A stretch of DNA of 64,000 nt from Patescibacteria group bacterium (GTDB taxonomy: Bacteria; Patescibacteriota; Patescibacteriia; UBA9934): assembly GCA_041659765.1 (NCBI GenBank), contig JBAZXR010000001.1:531338-595337 (forward strand), read 5' to 3'. The first letter of the stretch is position 1; each line of letters begins with the position of its first letter. This document shows positions 1-8,533 of the stretch, piece after piece. A program made the position numbers and the translations under genes. Under the pieces are notes generated by a model. The model saw only the letters and a program-made list of their open reading frames with translations, searched no databases and was not told the origin of the DNA.

Positions 1-226
1 GCCACGCATGGTAGCCACACGGTTATCAACCACATCGCACCAGTCCACGTTTGGCTTGCCGGTCACACCAATAGCGTTCAAGACAGCGTCAGGCTGGTAC
101 TTCTTAATCTCGGCCAAAGCATCCTCGCGACTTGAAATACGCTGATCAGAAAGAATCGCGTCATCTCCCCACGCACCCTTAGCGCGTGCGCCTAGGAAGC
201 CCTTACCCAAGATTAAAATCCTCATA
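1..226 (-). CDS. NAD-dependent epimerase/reductase, RmlD-like (dTDP-4-dehydrorhamnose reductase family). Partial: the C-terminus runs off the window. Start ATG at 224-226 overlaps the rfbB stop (ATGA).
   Basis: Reverse-strand translation MRILILGKGFLGARAKGAW...GKPNVDWCDVVDNRVAT. Rossmann GxxGxxG N-terminus; the PNVDWCE motif is typical of RmlD/NRS-ER reductases. Confidence 0.55.
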
Positions 227-1241
227 CTTTAATGTGTTCGTTGACGCCTTTTGATCGCTCTATTGCACGCGCAGCCCAATCCTGGTGCGCCAAGAACCAC
301 TCTACAGTCTCCTTCATACCCTGCTCAAATGTTTCGCGGCCATACTTAGGTTTCCAGCCGAGCTCGCGACGCAATTTTTCACTCGACAATGAATACCGGC
401 GGTCATGCGCAGGACGATCAGTCACATATGTCAGCAAATCTTCCGGCTTGCCGAGCATTTTCAAAATCATCTTGGCTAAATCAATATTCGCCCACTCGTT
501 GTCTGCGCCGATATTATAAACCCCGCCAAACTTTCCGCGCTCGAGAACGGCAAGAATGGCCGAACAATGGTCTTCAACATGCAGCCAATCGCGAACATAT
601 TTTCCGTCACCGTAGAGCGGAAGTTTTTCGTCGCGCAATGCACGCGTGATGAAAAACGGAATAATCTTTTCTGGAAAATGATACGGGCCGTAATTATTCG
701 CCGCGTGGGTGACAATCACCGGGAGGCCATAGGTTTGGTGATACGCGCGACACAGCAAATCCCCGCCAGCTTTACTGGCCGAGTACGGAGAATTCGGTTC
801 AAAGGTGTCAGTCTCCACTTTCGGAAAACCGGAATCAAGGTCTAACGCGCCATACACTTCGTCCGTCGAGATGTGTACGAACGCGGTGGTCTTATGTTTC
901 TTTACGGCTTCGAGCAAAACCTGAACGCCCTGCACGTTCGTTCGTACAAAGTCTGCAGCTCCCCCATGAATAGAACGATCAACATGCGTTTCTGCGGCGA
1001 AGTTGACGATGGCATCTGGCTTGAAATCTTCAAAAACTTTGTCGACAAATCCCGGAGCCGCAATATCGCCCTGTACAAACTTGTAGCGCGGATCCCCCTC
1101 GATGTCTTTCAAATTCTCCGGATTGCCCGCGTAGGTCAGAAGATCAAAGTTCAAAATCTGCACAAACCGGCGCTCGCGCAAAACATGGCGAACAAAGTTC
1201 GAGCCAATAAACCCCGCGCCTCCGGTAACGAGCAATTTCAT
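222..1241 (-). CDS. rfbB: dTDP-glucose 4,6-dehydratase
   Basis: 339-aa ORF starting MKLLVTGGAGFIGSNFVRH..., with extended SDR signatures (YxxxK region, dTDP-sugar dehydratase conserved blocks). Confidence 0.9.
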   Translation of the reverse strand: MKLLVTGGAGFIGSNFVRHVLRERRFVQILNFDLLTYAGNPENLKDIEGDPRYKFVQGDIAAPGFVDKVFEDFKPDAIVNFAAETHVDRSIHGGAADFVRTNVQGVQVLLEAVKKHKTTAFVHISTDEVYGALDLDSGFPKVETDTFEPNSPYSASKAGGDLLCRAYHQTYGLPVIVTHAANNYGPYHFPEKIIPFFITRALRDEKLPLYGDGKYVRDWLHVEDHCSAILAVLERGKFGGVYNIGADNEWANIDLAKMILKMLGKPEDLLTYVTDRPAHDRRYSLSSEKLRRELGWKPKYGRETFEQGMKETVEWFLAHQDWAARAIERSKGVNEHIKV

Positions 1242-1257
1242 ATCACCTGTTACGTTA

Positions 1258-1710
1258 CTAACCTTCTACTCGATCGTCAACTTCTGCGTAATGTTCGCCA
1301 TTTTTCATCCCCTCAAAAACAATCTTGAGCTTGGAAATGAGGTTGTCCGGCAAGGCGTCGTAACCGAACCAGCCGAGGTCATCGCACTTCTCCGGCTCAA
1401 TATTCTTCGGCTCCCCCTCCCACGCCTTGATTCTGAAGTACGCGTCGACTCTATCTCCGTCAGTCGCGAAAGGTCGGTGAAGTGTAAACACGAACTCCGC
1501 ATCTTCCGGCTTGATCGTAATGCCGAGTTCTTCGTGTGCCTCGCGTGCGACAGCTTCGCGAAGTGTCTGCCCGCCATCATGATGCCCGGCCGGCAAGCCG
1601 TACATACCATCCATGTATCCCGTATTAGCACGGCGCATCAAAAAAATCTGCCCGTCCCGCTCTAGAATCATGTACACGGCCACGATGCTTTTGAAGCGTT
1701 CTTTGGTCAT
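1258..1710 (-). CDS. NUDIX hydrolase
   Basis: Nudix box GGQTLREAVAREAHEELGI in the 160-aa ORF. Likely start is MTKERFKS (internal Met), which would avoid overlap with the HIT gene. Confidence 0.75.
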   Translation of the reverse strand: MTKERFKSIVAVYMILERDGQIFLMRRANTGYMDGMYGLPAGHHDGGQTLREAVAREAHEELGITIKPEDAEFVFTLHRPFATDGDRVDAYFRIKAWEGEPKNIEPEKCDDLGWFGYDALPDNLISKLKIVFEGMKNGEHYAEVDDRVEG

Positions 1711-1711
1711 A

Positions 1712-2287
1712 CTACAGCTTTGCCCGAATCTCATCAGCAACAGCTTGGAGCTCTTCCTTCACCGGGTGCGTCTTCACAAAACTGCGCACGTCGCCGTTAT
1801 AGCGGGGCATGATGTGGATGTGCGTGTGCAGCACTTCCTGGCCGGCGTCAAAGCCGTGATTCATGCCGAGGTTATAACCAGATGCGCCGACAGCTTTCAC
1901 AATCTTTGGCGCGAGGTCGTGGATTACTTTCATGAGCTCGAGGGAATCCTCGACGGAACCTGCGGCGAGATCGTTTGCATGGTTCTTCGGAATCACGAGC
2001 GTGTGGCCTTTTGCGACAGGGTTAATATCGAGGAAAGCGATAACCTTATCATTCTCGTAAATCTTAAGCGCGGGAATATTGCCAGCCACAATCTCACAGA
2101 AGATGCAGGACATAGTTTTTGGTTTAAAATTATTGGTTGAAAGAAAATAGAACAGCGCGGTCGCAAAGATGAGCCACGGAAACGGAAAGGCGTAACTCAC
2201 AAACCCCGGCGCACGCCATTCAATAAACAAGAAGACCGCGGTCGCGATGGCTGACACTTTAAAGGCAAAATCGTAAGTAGCTTTCAT
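1712..2287 (-). CDS. HIT-family (histidine triad) hydrolase, with a 58-aa hydrophobic N-terminal extension. An alternative start at MSCIFCEI would make the gene 1712..2113.
   Basis: HIT motif VLHTHIHIMPR and the CxxC-like N-terminus MSCIFCEIVAGNIPA, typical of HINT proteins. Confidence 0.8.
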   Translation of the reverse strand: MKATYDFAFKVSAIATAVFLFIEWRAPGFVSYAFPFPWLIFATALFYFLSTNNFKPKTMSCIFCEIVAGNIPALKIYENDKVIAFLDINPVAKGHTLVIPKNHANDLAAGSVEDSLELMKVIHDLAPKIVKAVGASGYNLGMNHGFDAGQEVLHTHIHIMPRYNGDVRSFVKTHPVKEELQAVADEIRAKL

Positions 2288-2288
2288 A

Positions 2289-3734
2289 TTACCAGATGAG
2301 GTCTTTCACGAATGCCTTGAGGGATGAGGCGAGCGAGCGGAACGTCAGGGGCGGTTTCTTGAAGGTGATGTCAATAGCGTGAATGTTCACTCCCCCGTCT
2401 TTTTCTTTCACGAGCGGCGCCGAAAGCACAAACTTGTAGGCTCCCCGTTCTTTGGCCAACGTTCTCAAATCGAATGTCGACGTCGCCACTCGCCAGTCAC
2501 CCTCTTTCATCTGCGGCGGGAAGTACGCGATCAATGCTTTAAAAGCCTCTGGCGCGGCGGTGAAGTTTGTAAACCCCGCGGGCTCTGGCGCGAAAAATAG
2601 CGCGTCAGCAAGCGCAAAGAACCCTTCACCCGTAACCTTCACGCTTCCTCCCGGAAGAATAATCGCCGAGATATCGCGCACTGCAGTGATGCCCGTCCGT
2701 TTGGCGCGCACGGTGTCTAGCGTGATAGGCGTAGCGCCAAAGATCGCGGAACCCAGCGCGTCCGCGGTAAGCGGTTCGACCGCAATCTTCTTAGCGTTTG
2801 TATTGAGAGCGACAGGACCAACATGCGCGGCGAGCGTGATGGAATTCTTAACGACCAGATAATTCTGTTTAGTAGTAAAAGTCGAAAACACCACGTCAGA
2901 CGTCCCCGAGAGCACGATGCGATATACACCTGCCGGCAAACCGTCAGGGGCGATCGTTACAGACTGGAGCGATCCCATTAAACCGTCAGCCGTGGCATTG
3001 CCGTCATCTGCAAATCCTTGTTCGGCAACCATCTCACCGTTCTTTGTGTAGACGCGAATTGCGCCTTCATCGGCACCGACGACTTGGTTCAGGTCAGACG
3101 CGTTAATGGTGATCTTCAGCGTCTCCCCATCTCCAATAGCCGTAAAAAGTTCATGCGGTCCCTGGAGCGAAAGAGAAAAAGTATGTTCTCTCTTTGAGCT
3201 CGTAGCTCCTCTGGGCGGGGCCCAGGGAAGTGCTGCCCGATAAACCCCAATTTCAGAATCCTTAATAGCTGAAGGGTCTGCACCCACAAATTCTTGGCGA
3301 ACAAAGGCATTGATATTTGCTCCGAGCTTGGCGACTGGTCTCCCCGTCCAGCCATTTGCCTCCAGATTTTCAACAACAGTATTAGCGAACGGGCGAAAAT
3401 CAAAAGCCTGAGCAAACAAATCCTTCAGCACGCCAAGCTCAAGGATGGCGTGACTGCCTGTGTTGAACGACAATTTCACGTCAGCCGTCTCCCAACCTCC
3501 TGGTGGAGCAAACACCGAAAAATAGACGGGCTCGTCGAGTAGCTTCACGGATCCATTTTCGACTTTGCCGACTCGCTCGCTCGGTAAAAGCGACTGAATA
3601 AAGGGCGAGGAATCGCCGACCACATAGCGGACCGTCTTCACGCCGGACAGTCCGAGATAATTATAAAGAAGACCGAGGAAGAGGATGATTGGAACGACAA
3701 CAACGCCTATTTTAACGAGCGGTGACTTTTTCAT
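2289..3734 (-). CDS. Hypothetical exported or membrane-anchored protein.
   Basis: Long ORF; signal-anchor MKKSPLVKIGVVVVPIILFLGLL; no recognisable catalytic motif. Lies downstream of the GT-C-like membrane protein. Confidence 0.6.
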   Translation of the reverse strand: MKKSPLVKIGVVVVPIILFLGLLYNYLGLSGVKTVRYVVGDSSPFIQSLLPSERVGKVENGSVKLLDEPVYFSVFAPPGGWETADVKLSFNTGSHAILELGVLKDLFAQAFDFRPFANTVVENLEANGWTGRPVAKLGANINAFVRQEFVGADPSAIKDSEIGVYRAALPWAPPRGATSSKREHTFSLSLQGPHELFTAIGDGETLKITINASDLNQVVGADEGAIRVYTKNGEMVAEQGFADDGNATADGLMGSLQSVTIAPDGLPAGVYRIVLSGTSDVVFSTFTTKQNYLVVKNSITLAAHVGPVALNTNAKKIAVEPLTADALGSAIFGATPITLDTVRAKRTGITAVRDISAIILPGGSVKVTGEGFFALADALFFAPEPAGFTNFTAAPEAFKALIAYFPPQMKEGDWRVATSTFDLRTLAKERGAYKFVLSAPLVKEKDGGVNIHAIDITFKKPPLTFRSLASSLKAFVKDLIW

Positions 3735-5400
3735 GTGAGAATTTATACAGGGACTCTTCATGCATGGTTTCCACAAGCTCGATCTTGAGGCCAAGGGCTT
3801 TCAGTTTATCGCCATTCAGGTAGTCGAGGTCTGCCTGTGGGAACGTAATGCCAAAGTAATACGTTGGCACGTCTTTCACAAGTTCCGGCAGTGCAGCGTA
3901 AGTTTTATCATCGCGCAACGGAACAATTACTCGACGATACGGGAACAAATATTTGTCCGAACGATCAACTACGATCACCGATTCCGGCTCGGTCAAAGTC
4001 ATGATCCGCGCGCGTTTGCCAATGAACGAATCCATCGCGCGACGCGAGGCCAAGATGCCGTCGTGGCCGAAGAAGACGAGGTTTACATTCGCGGTGAGAC
4101 CGGCCAAGACGGCGAGGATGAGGACGAGGCGCGCAAGTACTCGAAGCAACCGTCGCGCACCCTGACCACCCTGAGACTCCCCCGTAGCATCCTCTTTGAA
4201 AGAGGGGGAATTCCCCAATACCCGCCAGAGTGACAACACGAAGTACGCGGCGAAGGGAATGGAGAGCGCGAAAATCGGTAGCCAATAACGGACGTGAGAA
4301 TTACCAATTGTCACCAAGTCGGTGTTTGGATTATCGAAAAAGTTCCAACTGCCATAGAATGCAAACAAAGAGCCTGCGACAAGAATCGAAATCACCGTCA
4401 ATGTTTTCCACGCTTTGTTTTTGTCGAATCTCCGCAGGACAAGGAGCAAGAAACCAAACACCGACGCGATCGTCATCCATGGATACAGCACGATGCCGTA
4501 GTTCCAAACATTGTTCATCACCGCGCGGGGATGAAAACCGAAAGGCGTCGCGGTAGGGGTCGACCCTTGCGTCGACCCTCCTTCGACAGCGATCGCAGGT
4601 GTAGTCGGTGGAATGTTGTACCCCGTCACCAAAGGAGATCCGTAGACCCAAGAATTCGAGGCACCGATAGCCAACCCCATGAGGCCTAACCCAAAAAGAA
4701 AGGACGCGATATTCCGCCAACCAATAATGTTGCGATAGGCGATAAGGAGGCCGAGAGCGATTGGCAAAACCCAGGCGGCTTCGCTCAACCGGAAGAAAAG
4801 TGCGGTGCCGACCATGATTCCCGAAAGCACGAACTCGAGCCGGCGGAATTCTCGAGTAAAGAGTGACCTTGTCCCGAACGGTCGGGCGACGGCAAAGAAC
4901 ACCGCAAAAATCAAGAAGTCGACAAACGCCACGTTGTGCATCATGACGCGCCCAGAAAAATACAAATAGGCGGGATGCGCCATTAGAAACAACGCCGATA
5001 GATCAGCTAATCCGTCATCCTCAAACACTTTCTGCAGGACGGCTCGAAAAGCCAAGACACCTAACAGGGCGAGCACTGGAGTTAATAAGAGTCCGCCGGC
5101 ATCGCCAAAGCCCATCATTAAGACACCGGCTAAAAGTGGCAGACCAAGAAAACTGCCGGGTACTAAAAATTCGCCCATCACCGCTACACTCCGCGGATGA
5201 ATGAGACCGCCAAGTTTTTCATTAAAGGTTTCGTGAACGGCCAAAGAACCAATGTCGGCAAACTGTTTAGCAAAAAAGAAGGCCGCATTTTCATCCGGGG
5301 AAACGAACACTCGCTCGCCGTAGGCGCTCAAGCACAAAGTCGAAACAAAAAAAGAAACAATTATCAGGCCCTTCAAAAAATCCTTTAAAAATCGGCTCAT
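3712..5400 (-). CDS. Polytopic membrane protein, possibly a GT-C fold glycosyltransferase (ArnT/PMT-like).
   Basis: 562 aa with many predicted TM helices and large loops, located in a sugar-nucleotide/glycosyltransferase neighbourhood. Function is inferred, not supported by a motif. Confidence 0.45.
   Translation of the reverse strand: MSRFLKDFLKGLIIVSFFVSTLCLSAYGERVFVSPDENAAFFFAKQFADIGSLAVHETFNEKLGGLIHPRSVAVMGEFLVPGSFLGLPLLAGVLMMGFGDAGGLLLTPVLALLGVLAFRAVLQKVFEDDGLADLSALFLMAHPAYLYFSGRVMMHNVAFVDFLIFAVFFAVARPFGTRSLFTREFRRLEFVLSGIMVGTALFFRLSEAAWVLPIALGLLIAYRNIIGWRNIASFLFGLGLMGLAIGASNSWVYGSPLVTGYNIPPTTPAIAVEGGSTQGSTPTATPFGFHPRAVMNNVWNYGIVLYPWMTIASVFGFLLLVLRRFDKNKAWKTLTVISILVAGSLFAFYGSWNFFDNPNTDLVTIGNSHVRYWLPIFALSIPFAAYFVLSLWRVLGNSPSFKEDATGESQGGQGARRLLRVLARLVLILAVLAGLTANVNLVFFGHDGILASRRAMDSFIGKRARIMTLTEPESVIVVDRSDKYLFPYRRVIVPLRDDKTYAALPELVKDVPTYYFGITFPQADLDYLNGDKLKALGLKIELVETMHEESLYKFSHEKVTAR
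4178..4216. repeat. Palindromic micro-element, family P3 (CCCCGTAGCATCCTCTTTGAAAGAGGGGGAA), lying in-frame inside the CDS at 3712..5400.
   Basis: Near-identical 33-39 bp copy at 10311..10349. Encodes SPSFKEDATGES on the minus strand. Confidence 0.8.
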
Positions 5401-5412
5401 AACGGCCGTATC

Positions 5413-6000
5413 CTACAAGGAATAGGTCACAACTGCAATAAAGGCAAAGACGAGCGAAATCCCGAGCGTTACCTCGCCAAAACTGATCATCCCAGGGTTA
5501 TTCGTCATGATACCAATGAGCAGTACGGTCATGCTCAGCACCTGTAAAATCATCTTTGTTTTGCCCCACCAGTTAGCCATCATGACCACCATCCCGCGTT
5601 TAGTACTGGCCCAAAGAATGGACGGCATGACGTCGAGCACCAGGGCCAGAATGATAATAATCGGATGGTAGTAATTGATCGCGACCAGCAAAGCCGTTCC
5701 ACCGATCAACAGCTTGTCAGCCAGCGGGTCGAAAAATATACCCCACGGAGTAATCTGATTACGGACGCGGGCAAGCGAACCATCAAGTGCGTCAGTGAAG
5801 GCTGCGAAGATAAAAGCTGGAACGGCGAGGGTAAAATAACCCTTCATAAAAAGATAAAAAATGACCGGCGTAAACAACAGCCGGAACGCCGTGACGTAAT
5901 TCGGCTTCACAAAAGCCGGGACAAACGGCAGCACAAGCGCCTTCATCACTTTGTCATGCGGATAGAGCTTTGGGGCTGTAGTTTGCACTGTTTCTTCCAT
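5413..6000 (-). CDS. CDP-alcohol phosphatidyltransferase (PgsA-like).
   Basis: Signature DALDGSLAR(x)8GIFFDPLADK, i.e. D-G-x2-A-R...G-x3-D-x3-D; multi-TM, 195 aa. Confidence 0.8.
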   Translation of the reverse strand: MEETVQTTAPKLYPHDKVMKALVLPFVPAFVKPNYVTAFRLLFTPVIFYLFMKGYFTLAVPAFIFAAFTDALDGSLARVRNQITPWGIFFDPLADKLLIGGTALLVAINYYHPIIIILALVLDVMPSILWASTKRGMVVMMANWWGKTKMILQVLSMTVLLIGIMTNNPGMISFGEVTLGISLVFAFIAVVTYSL

Positions 6001-6019
6001 ACAAGTACCATCATTTTAC

Positions 6020-7990
6020 ATGTTTACCCGCTTTCTTCAAGCCATCATTTCCGCCGGTGCCGCCCTGGCTGTCTTTAGCATTCTAGCCACCGGAATGTAT
6101 TATGTCATGCCGGTAACAACCATCGGCCTGATTGTGTGTGCGGTGGCCGGCTCGGCGATCGTCGCCGTCATCCTGAGGAGCTCCGCGACGAAGGATCTGA
6201 TTGGCAGTGTCATCCCGATAACGGAGGGATCAGAACGGTTACCAATCAGATCCTTCGCTACGCTCAGGATGACTGCATTACTTTCAGTCTCCCTCCTCTC
6301 GCTCGGCCTCTGGTGGCACGCGGTGCTCACACATCCCATTCTCGAATCCGTACGGTCGCCGTGGCTGGTTATCAATTCGGCGAATTTGCTGTGGCTGTTT
6401 ATCCCGGCGGTTTGTGCGGCGGTTTTATTGATAGGAGGACGCGAGGACGGGGCGAGCCCCGTCCGTACAGCCGCGGGGTTCGGTGTAATCGTAATCACGT
6501 TATTTTCCGCGTTGTCATTTGCCGCTGCGGCATATCCCCTCGGTTTCGGTTTTGATCCGTTTCTGCATCGAGCGACCATCCAACATATCGCTGAGCATGG
6601 GACGATCACGCCGAAGCCGCTCTACTACATTGGCGAATATGTGATCGAATTGTTTGCGATGAAGGTGCTCCATTTGCCACTCATGTTGGTCGACGTATTC
6701 TTGGTGCCGCTCTTGGCGGCGACGTTGATTCCGGCGGCGGTGTTTTTGCGGGCGATACGCCAGGGCGGGGCAAGCCCCGCCCCTACCGCGGCGATTTTAT
6801 TATTTCTACCTATCGCCGCATTTGTCCAAACCACACCGCAGGCGTTGGCGTTCGTTTTTACAACGGTCGCGATATTGATCACGCAAAATACAAAAACCGA
6901 CAGCGGGGTTAAAAACCCCGCCTTCCCGATAATCCCATCGATCTTTGCCGTTGCGGCGCTGACCGCGCATCCGATTGCCGGACTCCTCGCCGTCTTCTTC
7001 GTCGTTTTGAATTTCTTGGCCGATAAGAAACGCGCGTGGTTCATCTGGACGTCCGTCTTGGCGACATTCGCCCTTCCCTTTGCATTTATTGCGCAGTCGT
7101 TCAAAGCACATCAGCCTTTTGGCATTCAAATCCCAGGGCTTCACGAAATTGCAGCCCTGCCCCTGTCCTCATTCTTTGGCACGCATTTCAACGCCTGGGG
7201 CGACACGGCGTATTTGGTGATCGGGAACATGTTCCTCGTCACGGTGACGATCGGGATTTTCGGTGCATGGCGAATGCACAAGGGGGCGCCGCAAGGGGCG
7301 TCCGTACGATGGATTCCCTTGATTTGCGCGGGGATTGCGTTTTCGAACTTCTTGATCTTGGGATTATTCTTTGAGTTCCCTTTCTTAATTTCGTACGAAC
7401 GGACGGATTTTGCGGCGCGGATGCTCACCCTGACGGTGTTGTTTTTGATGCCGTATATGCCGTACGCGATGACGCGTGCGAAGGGCGGGGCAAGCCCCGC
7501 CCTTACAGCGCGACGCGCGTTTGGTGTCGCCATTGTCGGCGTTGTATTTGTATCGTCGGTGTACGGCGCGTTCCCACGGTACGACGCATATGCATCTTCA
7601 GCGGGGTTCAATGTGACAAAGGCGGACTTTGACGCCGTTAAGGCCATCGAAGAATACGCCGCCGGACGGGATTACGTCGTTCTTGCGAACCAGGCCACAT
7701 CGTCCGCGGCCATCTCGACTCTCGGTTTCAAAAAATATTATCACGGCGACATCTACTTCTACCCTATCCCCACTGGCGGCCAGCTGTACCAACTCTATCT
7801 CGCCATGGCTGACAAACCGCGTGAAGCGATCATCGACAAAGCTCGTGCACTCACCGGCGCCCAACTGGTCTTCTTCGTCATGGACGATTATTGGTGGGAC
7901 TCCAAACGCGTCGTGGAACAAACAAAAACCATCACGGACATCACCTGGACCTTCGGCGACCACGAGGTGATGGTGATGGTGTTTGAGTAG
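6020..7990 (+). CDS. Large integral membrane protein of unknown function (about 14+ TM helices). Carries four in-frame palindromic micro-elements.
   Basis: 656-aa ORF, strongly hydrophobic, with a soluble C-terminal region. Function unknown; possibly envelope biogenesis or a GT-C-like protein. Confidence 0.7.
   Translation: MFTRFLQAIISAGAALAVFSILATGMYYVMPVTTIGLIVCAVAGSAIVAVILRSSATKDLIGSVIPITEGSERLPIRSFATLRMTALLSVSLLSLGLWWHAVLTHPILESVRSPWLVINSANLLWLFIPAVCAAVLLIGGREDGASPVRTAAGFGVIVITLFSALSFAAAAYPLGFGFDPFLHRATIQHIAEHGTITPKPLYYIGEYVIELFAMKVLHLPLMLVDVFLVPLLAATLIPAAVFLRAIRQGGASPAPTAAILLFLPIAAFVQTTPQALAFVFTTVAILITQNTKTDSGVKNPAFPIIPSIFAVAALTAHPIAGLLAVFFVVLNFLADKKRAWFIWTSVLATFALPFAFIAQSFKAHQPFGIQIPGLHEIAALPLSSFFGTHFNAWGDTAYLVIGNMFLVTVTIGIFGAWRMHKGAPQGASVRWIPLICAGIAFSNFLILGLFFEFPFLISYERTDFAARMLTLTVLFLMPYMPYAMTRAKGGASPALTARRAFGVAIVGVVFVSSVYGAFPRYDAYASSAGFNVTKADFDAVKAIEEYAAGRDYVVLANQATSSAAISTLGFKKYYHGDIYFYPIPTGGQLYQLYLAMADKPREAIIDKARALTGAQLVFFVMDDYWWDSKRVVEQTKTITDITWTFGDHEVMVMVFE
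6446..6470. repeat. Palindromic micro-element, family P1 (GGACGGGGCGAGCCCCGTCCGTACA), in-frame in the CDS at 6020..7990.
   Basis: Perfect palindrome GGACGGGGC-GAGCCCCGTCC. Same core plus the GTCCGTACA flank occurs at 23330..23354. Encodes DGASPVRT. Confidence 0.8.
6764..6783. repeat. Palindromic micro-element, family P1 (GGGCGGGGCAAGCCCCGCCC), in-frame in the CDS at 6020..7990.
   Basis: 20-bp perfect palindrome, identical to the copy at 7484..7503. Encodes GGASPAPT. Confidence 0.85.
6904..6922. repeat. Palindromic micro-element, P2 variant (GCGGGGTTAAAAACCCCGC), in-frame in the CDS at 6020..7990.
   Basis: Same stem as the P2 copies at 14921 and 36941 (GCGGGGTTAATAACCCCGC). Encodes SGVKNPA. 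Confidence 0.7.
7484..7503. repeat. Palindromic micro-element, family P1 (GGGCGGGGCAAGCCCCGCCC), in-frame in the CDS at 6020..7990.
   Basis: Identical to the copy at 6764..6783. Encodes GGASPALT. Confidence 0.85.
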
Positions 7991-8066
7991 GATGGATTGG
8001 TCCTGATCAGGATCCATCCTGAGCGCGAGCGAAGGATCAGACCCTCCCCTCCACCTCAGGAGAGCT
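7991..8066. repeat. Degenerate copy of an intergenic MITE/REP-like element (unit TCCATCCTGAGCGCGAGCGAAGGATC). Overlaps the 3' end of the GIY-YIG gene.
   Basis: Shares the unit with 8431..8455 and, in inverted orientation, with 57283..57311. Also contains the palindrome TCCTGATCAGGA. Confidence 0.7.
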
Positions 8067-8358
8067 CGACGAGCTTCTCAAACAGGTCTTCCCACTTCGG
8101 ATTCTTCGAGGTAACGAGCTCAGCCTTCCTCGCTCGGTTCCATCCCTTCAATTGTTTCTCTCGAAATAATGCCGTGTCTCGATCTGGAGTAGTTTCAAAA
8201 TAGACGAGCTTCACACAGTTATTCTTACTTGCAAATCCAGGCACGAGTTTATCTTTATGTTGCTGAATCCGTTCCGGCAATTGCGTGCTCATCCCAATAT
8301 ACAAAACATTGTTCGTTGGGCTCGCCATGATGTAGACGCCACATGAATCGTCATTCAT
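8056..8358 (-). CDS. Small GIY-YIG nuclease domain protein (URI/YhbQ-like).
   Basis: N-terminal GVYIMASPTNNVLYIGMS (GIY...YIG) and a conserved Glu region in a 100-aa ORF. Flanked on both sides by copies of the palindromic element. Confidence 0.8.
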   Translation of the reverse strand: MNDDSCGVYIMASPTNNVLYIGMSTQLPERIQQHKDKLVPGFASKNNCVKLVYFETTPDRDTALFREKQLKGWNRARKAELVTSKNPKWEDLFEKLVELS

Positions 8359-8377
8359 ACAATGCTTGGAGGTGAAA

Positions 8378-8533
8378 GTCTGACTCTTCGCTCTCGCTCA
8401 GAGTGGGGACCATGATAAATTCTCAAGCATTCCATCCTGAGCCATGCGAAGGATCAAACTTTCACCGGTGAGGGTCGGACTCTTCGCGCTCGCTCAGAGT
8501 GGAGACCGGAATAATTCGCAAGCGATCCATCCT
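8378..8533. repeat. Composite MITE/REP-like palindromic element. Contains a half arm (8382..8406), a full ~73-bp hairpin unit (8431..8503) and a truncated arm (8524..8533).
   Basis: Arms TCCATCCTGAGCCATGCGAAGGATC and GGACTCTTCGCGCTCGCTCAGAGTGGA are mutual inverted repeats. Homologous to 57239..57311 and 7991..8066. Confidence 0.8.

Noticed and set aside
232-1328. Overlapping ORFs on the plus strand (232..519, 389..649, 567..845, 873..1328) antisense to rfbB
   Set aside because: Antisense to a high-confidence dTDP-glucose dehydratase gene; no homology-like features.
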